A DNA stretch of 63,928 nucleotides, counting the filler, from Hyphochytrium catenoides (taxonomy: Eukaryota > Protista > Hyphochytriomycota), in assembly GCA_900088475.1 (NCBI GenBank). It is 6 parts of 6 records of this genome, joined end to end, with 100 filler letters (N's around TTAATTAATTAA, not from the genome) between each part and the next. Parts side by side here need not be neighbours in the genome. Positions count along the whole stretch, not along the records: positions 1 to 3,589 come from FLMG01004173.1; positions 3,690 to 31,800 come from FLMG01004707.1; 4 more parts are not named here. One strand, 5' to 3'. The notes beneath the pieces are model-generated. The model did not search any database. It had not been told where the DNA came from and was given only the letters and a program-made list of their open reading frames with translations. The first letter of the stretch is position 1, and each line of letters starts with the position of its first letter. Position numbers and translations under genes: made by a program. Below are positions 1 to 12,275 of the stretch, piece after piece.

Positions 1-41
1 TCTCTCTCTCTCTCTCTCTCCATCTATATATATATATATAT
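1..41. repeat. (TC)n followed by (TA)n microsatellite
   Basis: Read directly from the sequence. Confidence 0.95.
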
Positions 42-1509
42 GTATGTTCGTTTGTCTCCTTCAGTGCACTCCACCACTCCTTCTTTCATTTGCTCCCTCA
101 TAATCTTGCACTCCTCCTGGTGACCTCTTGTTGGTGCCTCTAAGTTCAATCTCCCTTGGTGTCTCTATCCCTTGGGGTCTGATAAGTTTTCTGTAAGCTG
201 TTGCATGTTCCACTTGTTCTGGATAGGCCCTCCATGTCCCACTTGCCTTACTTCTTAGGGTTGTAACACTTGCTCTTTTTGTTGTCTTCCGTGTCTGCAT
301 TCTTTGGGTGGTTCTCTCAGCTTGATCTCCGTCTTGGCTCATTCTTACTCGGCTCTTCTCCGTATATATTGGTTCATTCAGGCCGGATCCCATCTCCTTC
401 ATTTCGCCCTCTTGGCTACCCTTCCTTGTCCTAGTGAATGGCTCACCATTCTTCGCTTTCTTGTAAGCCTTTCCTACATCCGACTGCCCCCTTGAGCTTC
501 GCTTTTTCTTCTTGCGTTATATTGCTTAGCTTTGATTGCTGTCCTAGCTGTCCGTACTCTTACAATCTATTCAGCCCTCCTTCCCTTCCACGCTGCTGCT
601 TTGCGGATCATAAATACTGAACAAAACCAATATCCCTCCGACCTCCGACCTCAGTGTCTCTTTTCACTTGAGGCCCTCCGCCTCCCTCTGTCTCTTTTGT
701 GCTTTGTGCTCTCTGTCTCGTCGAAGTTGACTCATGCTTTCCTTCCTCTCCGTCCGCTTGCTCCTACTTGACATTTCCTACCTGTTGCCCTGAATTTTCT
801 CTACCTCGTCGTCTTCTTCTTTGCGTTCGCATTGACACGATATTCTTTTAGCCCTACACATGCCCCTAATACGTTGTATAGGGTGAGCTTTCAATAGCTA
901 TCCGGGTACTTCTTTCTCTCGCTGCTTCTGACAATTTTTCTTTGATATCGAGCTCCCCATCACCTCCCTTGAGTGTATGCCCCCTCTCATCCCGGGCATT
1001 CTTCTGTCTCTAGAATCACCCTAAGGTATAGATGGCGGGCATTGCTTTTTCTTGCTGCCTCTGAATTATTACTCCAGAAAAAGGAAGGAGATATAAAAAG
1101 GATAGAAGCAAGCAGAACAAAAGGAGAAGCCCGCTAAGACGTTTTGGGCTGTCTAGTTCCCGGTGCGCCATCAAGATAGGAAAGGAGTCATCATAGCTGA
1201 TTTCCTCAACACTTACAATTGGAGAGAGAGGAGGGGAAGAAAGGGCACACAAGACCATCATAACTGTCGAGTAGGCGAGCAAGAGAAAGAGTACTGTTGA
1301 AGAGGATGCTTCAATGATTATATCAATAATTATATCACGCATTTGTTCTGGCACGCGGTGGCTGGCCTGCCAATAAACGCTTAGCGTTGGGGTCAATAAC
1401 CTCCGCTCGCTTCTGAATGCTGCGGCACTACTTGTTGGTGCTGACGCCTCAGCGGACTTCTGCGTTCATCCTGCATAAAAATAGGGTCAAATCGTCAATG
1501 TTGGTACGT

Positions 1510-3589
1510 GATATCAGGCCGGCCTAAGCCTTGAACTGATGGCACCTATTTCGGCAACTAGGCCTAAGCAGTCGGTTGAGGCTGGCATTTAGACTGGCAG
1601 CTAAGCTGGCGCTGCTTACGGACTATGGTCAATCACGAATGGTTGGGACCAAGCTACCGCGGTAAGTCGGCTGCCACTGGGACTGACACCTAGGTTGCCA
1701 TCTAGGCAGGCAATTAGATTTAGGCGAAATATCAAAAAATGTTGGGTCTTCCTGGCGGTGTTATAGGATGGGGGTGACCTCGCTCCTCAGTCTCAGATTT
1801 GCTCGGTCAGCCTCCGCCTTTGGCGCCTGCCAGAACCTAGACATAGTGGCAATAGAGAGGGCAAGCACAGCTGACTACACCCATGCAGCGCAGTAGAAAT
1901 ATTGAGCACGTTCGCGCTTTCGCTGCTTACTGCAGAGGATATGGTTCCAACGTGATGCCCAGGACGGCAACACAAAGGCCACCACCCTTTGGAAGCTCAG
2001 CGCAGTTCTCTGGCTTCAACGCTTCTTCCACGCGCGGGACATTCTTCTCACTAGGGCTCTGAGAGATGCCCTAGCCGAATCCGCTCCCACTACTGAGAAG
2101 CAGCCCGTAGCCCTGCCAATCCTGCTGCGCTTCTCGAATTCTATTTCTTGGTACACACCTCACCACCGACTCGTATGGAGCCTCACTATTCTGGCCTACT
2201 TTTTCCTCCTCAGAAGGTCGGAGTACTGCCTCATGGGGGCCGAGACCCAGACACTTCGGCGAGAATGGTAGGGCCCAACCAGGCAGGAGGCTCTCCAACT
2301 ACTACTCCCGAACATTCGCTAGGCCAAGCGCCCACACAACCCACTGCTACGACGGCCTAATCTCTGTCCCCCAAGAGCCTCCTCCAGTTTGACCCAGCTA
2401 TGCGGCAAGGAGAGCTCCCAGGCTAGGTTTGTCAAGCGCCAGTGTGATGTCCCCAGCCAGAGGCATGTCATACATTGCATGCTCCGTCACGTCATCCAGG
2501 TGAGCAGAAGGAAATCCACTAATCTGGTAATAATCTTTGCTGAAGACTACGCCGGATACAGCTAGCCTGACAAGTAGACTGGAACATACGCGGGCACGTA
2601 GGCGTCGACACCAAGAGCAAGAACCAAGTGGTCTCCGAAGCCTGTACCTAAGGGTGGCATTTAGGCTGGCCCTAAGGCTGGGAATTGGCACACACCTAGC
2701 AGGTTAGCACCAGATGTGGCCCTACTGCCAGCCTGGACGACAAATTACGCTGACAACTAAAGCTGGTAGTGAGTATGACAGGTAGTTGGCTTCCACATAA
2801 TACTGCTATGAGGCTTGGCATGGTCTAAGCTGCTACATGCCGCTTAGTATTAGGCTTTAAAACCTAATTAAGCAAGATAGCAACTAAGGGTGGTCTTAAG
2901 GGTGGCACCTGGGCCGACAGCGAGGCAAGTTGGCGCCGATAAACTGAGGGCAGAAGATCAGCAAATGCTGGACTTAACTATTACGTTGGCCCAAAGGCCG
3001 GAGCTAAGAACAGACTGGCACCTACAATGTTTATTTAGGCATCCACCTATCCTGGCACCGGGGCTGACACCAAGGAGGTCAATTAAGCTATATCTGCGAC
3101 TCCCGGTGATCTGAGGTGCTGGACACCGTGGGATGGTAACTAAGCGGGCAATAACTGGTGGCCCACGCCATGCAATCAAGTGGCCTCCTAGGCCAATACC
3201 TATTTGCCCTAGTACCGAGGTTGAGACGTACGCTGCAAGTTTCGACTACTAGTACTTACTAAGGCGGGCCGCAAGACTGGCATCAAACCCAACACCAAAG
3301 CGTATACATCTTGACACGGGCAATGGTCTTTTCTGGCCTTCAGCGTCGTAGGCTGGCATCAAGAGTGGTACCTAGGCTGCACCACCTCCACTGGCCACCA
3401 TGACTTGCGCTAAGTAGGAGGCCTATAGCAACTAGACCAACACGTAAGAATTCGCACCTAATCTGGAAGCGTAGGCTAGTAGTATCGAGGCTGGTATCTA
3501 GGCTCCACCTCACGGTTACCACCATGACTGGCGCTAAGGAGGAGGCCTCTGACAACTAGACCAACACGCAGGAGTTTGCACCTCACCTG
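1510..3589. repeat. Highly decayed ~12-bp periodic repeat (consensus near CTGGCACCTAGG) in two blocks (~1510-1730 and ~2395-3589), ending in a ~124-bp higher-order duplication
   Basis: ctggca/cctagg/ctaagg words recur at about 12-nt spacing. CCACCATGACT occurs at 3395 and 3519, and CAACTAGACCAACACG at 3429 and 3553 (period 124). Confidence 0.6.
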
Positions 3590-3689
3590 NNNNNNNNNNN
3601 NNNNNNNNNNNNNNNNNNNNNNNNNNNNNNNNNTTAATTAATTAANNNNNNNNNNNNNNNNNNNNNNNNNNNNNNNNNNNNNNNNNNNN
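3590..3689. other. Artificial contig-join spacer N44-TTAATTAATTAA-N44 (also 31801-31900, 33587-33686, 50008-50107, 58742-58841)
   Basis: The same 100-nt construct occurs five times. The 12-mer gives stop codons in all six frames, as expected of a concatenation linker. Confidence 0.95.
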
Positions 3690-5189
3690 CACTACCGACG
3701 ACCGCCAATAGCAGTAGCGATGTCAGGAGCAGCCGAGCCATGGCACTGATGAGTTTCCTGCGGCGCTCAGGTTATGGGCTCATCAGCTGAAGTTCTCGGG
3801 TTTAAAGATGTTACGTAATGCGGATGTGGGGACGAAGGAGACCTAAAGCGACGGTAAGAAAATCTAGTCCGCCAGAGGCCGACAAAATTTTCTCGATAGA
3901 TGGAAGAGTTAATCGATGCAGTCCTAGTCAACCGTAGTCAACCGTAGTCAGAGACTCTCTGCCGTTCTCCGCACCTCCGACTTCTAGAGAGCAGAGTACA
4001 AGCTTCTCAAACTGTAGATGTAGAAGCTCCGCGGTTAAGTTCTCCTGCTAAAGATCAATGAGTCTCCTATGATGCACCTTGAAGCTCATAGCCACTGCCT
4101 ACGGCATATGTCCTTGTGCACCTCTGCCACGTCGCATCATCATGATGGCCCTGTCATAATCTCTATAGGACGAGAAAGAGCATGATCTTGGAGCAGCTGA
4201 GGCCTCTCTGAGCCCTTGGACCTTGGACACATCTCAGAAAATCTTCAAAACCAAAAGCCAACAGGGAAAGTGGCGAAGGCAGGCAAGGACGGAGGAGGGA
4301 ATCTCTAAAAGAATCAATATGAATATTTTCGCTCTAGTAATCATTATGAGCAGATCTTTGTATCTTTTGGACAGACAAGTTATCCCTTGACGTTCAGCTG
4401 CTTCCAGCGAGGCTCATCAACAGCTGCATAAGCGGCGGCTGCAAGCGGCCGCAGTCTCAGCCATCGGCAACAGCTCGCTACTGGGAGCAGCGGCAATATT
4501 ATAGGCAGTACGGGCAATCAGCCCAGCAGGCAGCAGTGGCAATAGGCAGCAGCGCCAGCAGCAAGCAGCAGCGGCAACAACGGCAGGAGGCAGCAGTGGC
4601 GGTAGGCGACAGGCAGCTTAGGATGGCTCACCGACCGCCTCGACGCTGCAAACAGAAGTCCCAATGACGCTAGCTCTTGACAACAAGAGACATCCATGCT
4701 ATCGTACCTAGATGTCTAGATTTCAATAGAAACCTGTCGTCAATAAAGTCCAAAGGCTGGTTAATATGGATAGCTCAGGTGCTCGTAAGGATCAATCGTC
4801 AGCGCAAAAAGGTGGCAACTAATCCTTCATTGTCTAGACTCCTTCCACTTGCCGAAAGAGTCACCTCTAACTAACTATGCCGAGCCACCTTCCCCAGTAG
4901 TCGCTGTGCCGGAATGAAAGGCCTGTCGCAAACAACCGTTCCTTCAAAACGAGAGACACAAAGTTTCCCATCATCGACGAGATGATGATGGGTACCAGCT
5001 GCAGATCCCAGGTTATTTAGGGTGGGAAGGAAATAACAGGAGTAGCATTAAGAGGAAGTACTTTGGTCAGCACTGCTCTCACGTCTGCTTCTGACTCTGC
5101 ACATAACCTCCAAAAAGGTAGTCGTCCAAGCCTTAGCCATCATAAGCACAACGGGACTCCGAAGAAAGAGAAGCTTACCAGTCTGGGGC

Positions 5190-5560
5190 ATGACAGAATC
5201 TTGGAAAGAGAGGCTGCAGCGAGAGCGGCACAGTCTCTGCCGCAATGCACCCAGAGCGGTGACATGGGTCACAAGGAATCCCTGCAGCTCTATCGATACT
5301 AAGTCGTATAAGGAAGAGGGATACGAAGAGAAAAAGAAGGGAGGGATGGGAGAAAATGCCCAGACTGGTATCTATCTTTAACCACGATGGCAGGCAAGCA
5401 AACGCTGTGGATTCATTGTGGGGAGATGCGACCAGGGCGGGCCCTGATTAAGTCACCTATTGGAACTTGGCGTTATCAGTCCTCGATGTGCAGTCTTTCA
5501 TCGGATGTCAACTGAGCCATTGCCGTGTTCCTGTGCTCAGAGTTGTTTGCCGAGTGTAAA
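5190..5560 (+). mobile_element. Possible very old retroelement gag relic (decayed zinc-knuckle-like QCTQSGDMGHKESL)
   Basis: Only a partial C-x2-C-x4-H pattern in a stop-rich region; no intact ORF. Confidence 0.2.
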
Positions 5561-6248
5561 GCCTTGGTACCTACTCACCCGCTGGCCTCCACACCTAACT
5601 AGAGCTAACGCATCCCTCCATCTCTCACCGACCTCATAGATGAAAATGCACTGGTTCGGACATAGAAAGGCTTCCTATCCTTTCAGAGGCTTTGTCGATG
5701 CAGATATGATAACAGGGATTATAAGGAACCGAGCGGTACCTTCGGCACAGTCCTCAGGGCTCAGGAGGTGAGGCCAGATTGAGAGCTAGTGATGAGGAAG
5801 GCTTAACATTTAAGAACACCAATGAGATGAGAGAGTTGGCGCTTGTGATGGTATGGATGATGGTTGGAACATGGATAATGACCTGCCGGACCTTAGTCGG
5901 TCGATAAGGGCTTTGAATCAGGCCCTCTGACTGTGAGAGAGGCACTTCAAGAGTTGCAAGAGAGGCCTGGAAACAAGGCTTGAGCCTTGTCCGGTGGACT
6001 GCTTGCCTCCAAGCCTTGGCCAGCTTTATTCAAGGAAGTTACTTATGCTTTACCCAGCAGATTGCTGTCCTGGAGCCTCTAATAGGGTGCCACCATTCCT
6101 CTCGGATGAACTTTGCCAATGACTCATCAGCTTTTTCATAGCATTCTGCTCGTACTCTCTCTTTTTGTGTCTCCTGGTGGGATGTGGAGGAGGCTCTCTC
6201 TACAGAGCTGTCAACAGAGTCTTTCTACTCCTTCGTATTCTTCTTCCT

Positions 6249-8755
6249 CTAGTTCCTTCCGGACGACTGCTCCCGAGGAGTTGGAATAACGCTGGCACCC
6301 CTTTTTCCCTTATGGACCAAGACGCCACTGTGCGTCTTCTTGTTGGCACATTTCTCGCCATAGCGGATTAGTGTGGGCAGCAGGAGGGCGCAGACCTCAT
6401 CCGCGGTACTCTCCTGCAAGATAGACGGAAAGGAGGTTTACTGCTAGCTGAACGATATGACCTTGACCGAAGAGGCAGGAAAGGTTGAAGACAACCAACT
6501 AGAGGGAAGAAGTGCTAACTGAGGACAGGTAAACGAGAGAAAGAAAAGAGAAAGGTGGACGAGAAGAAGGTAACGCCGATGGCAGAGGCCTTAACTAACT
6601 ACTACTGCTCAACACTAAGCTTACCCAGAAGTCTGCACTGCCTCCTTCCCCGTCAGCCACTCTCTTGGCTAAAATTTGCTTTGCCTTGGCACTAATGTTA
6701 ATCTCCAGGGTAGATCCCGAATTGATGTGCGTGTGGATGATATGGAGAGAGAGCTTCTCTCTTTCTCTGCTGGTCTTAAGAAGCTTGAACTTTCTCAGGG
6801 TCATCATGAAGACCATCAGCTCGGCACAGAACTCAGATGCAGCGTATCCTAGTAGAAGATTGACAGTAATCAGCGGCAAAGAACATCAAAGAAAGCGCGA
6901 GATGGAAGGATAGACGACTAGATCGTTAGATGACAAGCTTGAGGAGGTCAGTGGTGGGACCCATGATAGTGAGGAAGGGAGGGAACCCTCAAAGCGAGAG
7001 AGAGACGTCGGTAAGCAGAAAGGTAAGCAACTGAGTAGACATTAGTAAGTTCTTCTTCAGAGCGTCCGCAGCGGAGAGAGAAGACTATTAGAGGGCCAAC
7101 AAATAGTAGCCACAGAGGGAGGCAGGGCTACTAAGAAGCCCTACAACCTGGCTCTGAGCAGCGCCAGGGGAGAAGAGAGATCATCCTTCTCTCCGTCTTT
7201 GCTCTTACCCTGAAAGTCTACGAGGATTTCCTGGCTGGATTCCTCTCCATGCAAGAGCCTTTTTACGTCCTCTCTCTTTTGGACAAACGGCTTCCTTGCT
7301 AATGCTCCTTCTCCGGCACCTCCTCCTCCTCCTGTCTTTCCATCACCTTGTCCTGTTTCTACTGGTGTCCCTCCTGTCCTTGCAGCTTGGATTCTCTCGT
7401 TGTCATAGGACGCACGTAGAGCAGAGAAAGGGACGAACACAGTGTACAGATGGAGAGAGAGAGAGCAAAAGGAAGTCGAGAAGCCGGAGAGGACAAAGTA
7501 GGTGTACTGAACCGAAGGAGAAGCCTCAGCGAAGTACGGCGCGGCAGTGGCCCAGAGATAGTAGAAAGCTATGCCGATGAACTGAACAATGCAAGCCATC
7601 ATAAACCTCTTCTTCATGCTGAAGCCCTCACGGACAGTCCTCAGTAAGAAGATGGAGAGAAGCACCGCCACAGGGTCCCAAACAGAGTAGTTTACCAAGT
7701 CAAAGTTGTTCTGGCAACAAAGGGACAAAACGAAGTGAGCAAGAAGGGTGAGACAAGGAGGCAGCAGCAGGTGTGTTTAGTGAACTCCTAATCGTGCGGA
7801 GTGGGAGAGAAAAAAGAAAAAAGAGAGAGAGAGGAGAGAGAGAGAAAGAGAAAGAGAAAGAGAGAGACGAAGTCACTGCAGGCAGAGAGGTGCACAAGCC
7901 ATCAGAGAGAAGAGAGAAAGAGATCAGTGATGGGAAAGAGGAATAGAGATCTCATCATCCTTTTCTTCTATCCTCTTTCTTCCCTCACTCAGCTGGTTCT
8001 CCTCCTTATCTAACAAAAGCACTTACATCAAGCGCTTGATAGTCTGCACAGCCGGACTTCGTGGCACTCTCGTCCCAGTACGGCAGTACTCTCACTCCAC
8101 GAGCTATGGCAGAGCCCCAAGCCTCCAGCCAGAGACACAAACCGAGAGGGACCAATAGCTTAGGACTGGTAAGCAGTGGATAATACTCTACGACCCAGCT
8201 CCTCCTCTTTATGTTCTCTCTCTTCTCTTCTTCCATCGCTCCTCCCGTAGGAGCAGAAGCCATCGATGTTTCATTTACGCCATCGTTGTTGCCGCTAGGA
8301 AGAGGTGAGGGCACAAGCGTCGGGGCGACTACTCTGATGCTGGGCGGACCCGATACATGCTGAAGTTTCTCTAGATGATACCGCGCGTCCAGCCAGAGCT
8401 TAATCACTGAGAAAATGAGAGTGAAGGTGGTCGGAAAGAGTCCAGAGTCCCAGAAGAGCAGGTTGAACCAGCAAGGAGCATCAGGAGTGATGACGTTCAG
8501 TGACCAGGACCACACAGTGAACGGGACAAACAGCTCATTGGCGATGATGAGAGGCACGTGCAGGGCGTAGATGGGGTACAAGTGTCTTCGCTTGTAGAGA
8601 AGAAAGATGCAGGAGAATGAGAGAGTGAAGGAGGACAGAACGATGATCCACGTTCCATAGTACAGCCATGATATACTGGAGGCATCAGGACTTTGAACGA
8701 CTAACGATGCAGCAGTGGTAGGAGCGGAAGCTGAAGAAGACGCAGAGTCACTCAT
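6249..8755 (-). CDS. Seven-transmembrane RGS-domain protein (7TM-RGS), 4 exons
   Basis: Exons ~8755-8027, 7710-7209, ~6849-6625 and ~6413-6249 join by GT-AG. Multiple hydrophobic helices and an LRTVREGFSMKKRF loop are followed by an RGS box: DFQGYAASEFCAELMVF...IIHTHINSGSTLEINISAK...FWESTADEVCALL. Stop TAG at 6249. The start could lie further upstream. Confidence 0.8.
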
Positions 8756-10867
8756 CGTCAGGAGGCCATCGGCCTCCTCCTCGTACGGCTGTTGTCCGGC
8801 TGTCTCTTCCTTTCTGCGCTCAGAGCTTGAGGCTTCGCACTGAGAGGAGTCCTTCAGACCAAACAGAAAGGAGGCGGAAAAGAAAAGGAGCGTGATGACT
8901 AGGAAGAGAGACTTGGCGCATATTGGCTGTTGTCCTCTTCTGGAAGGGTAGAAGAAGCTCGGAGGAAAAGGCTTCATCACTAAAGGACAAACACTTCCCG
9001 TCCTACGATAGGGCTGTTGCTCTCTTCCTACTTAGACCTTTATGCGGCGAGGAGGTAGAGACTAAGCTAGGGCAGACACGAATGGATCACCAGGAGATGA
9101 GAAATGCAGTAGGAAAGCGATCAAGAGCCACGGAGGACTGCTTGGCATCGGCAACAAGCGGCCGTAGTAGATAGATAGGCAAAAGATCTTATAACGTTGT
9201 ATGAGCGGGAAGAACCTGCTTGCGACTGTCAGAGGCAAAGAAAGAGAGAAGAATGCAAGATGCTCGGGGTGCGGGCTCGTGATGGCTAGGAGGACAAGTG
9301 CAGAAGCGGAGGAGAAGAACCCTGGGAACAATGGCGAGAGTCTTTATATCGGTATATAACCCTTGTTCATCCCAGGGGACACTTGATGAGTGCGGAAGTC
9401 CAAATGTCTTCACCGCAAAACCCTCTCTTCTTCTGAGAGTCCAAACTAGAGAGACAGAAAGGCAAGACCGAGGATGTAGAGAGAGAGAAGAGAGAGGAGA
9501 CAAGACGGAGGATGTAGAGAGAGAGAGACAGAGAGACGACAAGAGAGAGACAGAGAGACTTCGGCAGAGTAAGATAAAGGGACGAGGCAAGCAGCTCAGG
9601 GCTGCTTTCATCCTTACAGTCCGTCTTTTGCTGCACTTATCCTCAGTCCTGAGAACCATGATAGGGCGAAAGAGGAGTTGGATACCTAGGACTCTCTGCA
9701 TTTCAGAACCATAATTCTTAGCAGTAATGAAAAACCGAACACGAAGTCAACCCAGTGCAGAGCCTTCCATCATCTCCGCCACTCTTTTCTATTAGCCACA
9801 TCGCTGCTGCGGTTTCATCTTCTTCCTACTACTTTTCACCATTCTTCATGGATAGATGGGGCTGTGGATCTGCTGCATGTCCTTAACCTATTATGTCCTC
9901 CTACAGCTCTACTTACTAGCTGTTATGCCATCACCTTGATGTTCCTTCAGACGATGTTCCTCTTCTTCCTCTCCTTATTCATATTAGCTAGGCCCTCACA
10001 CCCCTTTCTCTTGCCCTTCTCTGCTCTAGGGTTCCCGTTTTTTTGGGAGAATCACGACCGATCGTTAGCTCTCCCTTCTTCCCCCATCATGGGCCTCGTC
10101 CTTGATCTCCAATCCTTTCTCTTCTGGCTCTTCCCAACTCGCTGGCGACAGGGTTCAACCAAGAAGCGTTGCTTGTACGATGTGGGGGTTACAGATTGAA
10201 AAATAGAGCAGGGATAAAGACGTGATCCTCCACACTTCCCTCTTGTCTTTTACTTTTCCTTCTCATAACCTCGCTGGCTTCCCACCAGGAGGTGATTCCA
10301 AGTTTGTCCCTCACTCATCATAAGAGTACGACTACGCTGCCAAGGCCGCTGTCTTTTTCTCCTGCAGGACAGCAATGACATCATAGCAGGATGGGGAGCT
10401 GTCTCTACTAACACATGTGAGGCAAATAACAATCAACGTAAAGAAACGGCAAGTGAGTGTGTGATAGGGCTACTACGGATGCCCTCTTCTTCTAGCTAAG
10501 CAAACGGTGGAGAAGGGGTGTTAAAAGATCAAGGACCTTTGAGCAGGGGGTAACCAGGTGGACCAGGCTATGGATGTGGCCTAGGAGAGGACAAGGTTCG
10601 CCTTTCCAGGCTCCCTTCTTTCTCCTTCCTAACATCTCCTCCTCCGTCTACTCCTCCTCATATTCAACTTATCGTGCGCTAGCGGCGGGAATGTCTTCAT
10701 AGTAGCTCATCCCAGCTCCTCCTCCCTTCATTATCTGTCCCCACCATCGTTGGTTGAGGCAGCAGAGAGGGAGTGCCAGTTCCAAGCGTTAGTCCGTCGG
10801 TCGCCCAGGCTTTATGTTGAGCCTAAGAAAGGTGGGAAAGATGAGTGCACTGCGAATCTTTTGCACT

Positions 10868-10922
10868 AGGAAAGGGGCTTTGTAACGGCCTGGGCACCAT
10901 GTCCGTTACAAGAAGTGGTAGC
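10868..10922 (+). mobile_element. PPT - 30-bp collapsed LTR (TGTAACGG...CCGTTACA) - PBS-like junction of an LTR retrotransposon
   Basis: AGGAAAGGGG at 10868-10877; an 8-bp perfect inverted repeat with TG...CA ends at 10881-10910; TGGTAGC at 10916. Confidence 0.55.
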
Positions 10923-11019
10923 TACCAGTCTTACAGCTTTTAAAAACCATCGCTAAATGGTAAATACCTTGTATGATGACAGTCAGAAAGAAGTATAAAC
11001 CAGCTACACTTTCACCTCA

Positions 11020-12021
11020 TGATCCACCATCATCATCAACTACTTTCACCTCCTGATCCGGCGGAAGGCTTTGGTCCGCTATTTATACGCTTCCCCTTCT
11101 CGTACTGATGGCAATATTTAGCAATGTGGCCCTCCTACTAATTGCAATCGTGGCACACGAGAGGCTCTGTCCTATCCTTGCCTCTCTGCCTTTTCCACGG
11201 CTTCCCCTTTTCTCTCTTCTTATCATTCCGAGGTCGAGCAGGGTTCTCTGTTGCGGACGTCTGCCGACCCAGAGCCTCCCCGCTTGAACCCGCTGTGAAC
11301 TCTCTGGTGCGTAGGATAACCTTATACAGCTCATTCCACTCCGTCCATGAACTTGGCTTCCTGACCTTCTCATCAATGGCTCGTTGCTCATCAGTGACGG
11401 ATAGAGCATTCTCCATTAATTCGTCTGCCATTTTCTCAAAGCTTAAAGTCCTTTATACACCTCGTCATAGGCTTTCGCATACTGCTCCACTTGCTTGACC
11501 TTCTTGGAATACTATTCTCCCATGCCTCCTGTGACATCTCCGTGGGAAACTCCATGGCGGTAATGCCAGCCTCCATTAGACGAAGCTCCTTCATGACTTG
11601 CCATCCCTCGAGAGAGCGTAGACGTCGAATTAATGGAGAATGCTCTATCCGTCACCGAGCAACGAGCCATTGATGAGAAGGTCAGGAAGCCAAGTTCATG
11701 GACGGAGTGGAATGAGCTGTATAAGGCTATCCTACGCACCAGAGAGTCCACAGCGGGTTCAAGCGGGAAGGCTCTGGGTCGGCAGACGTCCGCAACAGAG
11801 AACCCTACTCGACCTCGGAATGATAAGAAGAGAGAAAAGGGGAAGCTGTGGAAAAGACAGAGAGGCAAGGATAGGACAGAGCCTCTCCTGTGCCACGATT
11901 GCAATTATGAGGGCCACATTGCTAAGTATTGCCATCAATAGGAGAAGGGGAAGCGTATAAATAGCGGACCAAAGCCTTCCGGATCAGGAGGTGAAAGTAA
12001 GTTGATGATGATGGTGGATCA
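11020..12021. repeat. ~400-bp inverted duplication of a retrotransposon gag fragment with a CCHC zinc knuckle; arms ~11020-11422 and ~11626-12021, ~200-bp spacer
   Basis: ORFs 11138-11431(-) and 11633-11941(+) are near-identical. CHDCNYEGHIAKYC fits C-x2-C-x4-H-x4-C. Confidence 0.9.
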
Positions 12022-12049
12022 GCTGGTGCTGGGTGTGTGCTGTTGCTGA

Positions 12050-12275
12050 TTTCTAGCAGCACCGGGTGTAGTAGTCGTCGCAGCAGCCGTGACCGTCGTC
12101 GCAGCAGCCGTCGTCGTGGCCGTAGTAGTAATGGTAGCAGTAGTAGTAGCACTACTGCTGACGAAAGCAGCACCAGTTATAATAGTAGTGGTGGTACAAG
12201 GTTGGGAGGCGATAGTAGAAAATCAGGAAGCAGCAGCAGTGTCGGCAGCACTGTCACGACCATCACCATCACACC
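12050..12275. repeat. Mixed trinucleotide low-complexity tract (GTA/GTC/CAG)
   Basis: Read directly from the sequence. Confidence 0.8.

Noticed and set aside
61-1400. Coding or retroelement sequence
   Set aside because: No recognisable motifs; the ORFs are short and compositionally biased.
1740-2390. LINE endonuclease/RT relic (GGGLCVAV-like peptide on the minus strand)
   Set aside because: One weak motif only, with no supporting catalytic residues.
3590-3689. Recurrent TTAATTAATTAA motif as a biological signal
   Set aside because: It always sits centred in 100-nt N spacers and is an artificial six-frame-stop linker; adjacency across these joins is not guaranteed.
9720-10860. MULE-like transposase relic (GGHNRLRTC)
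   Set aside because: Too degenerate to support a call.
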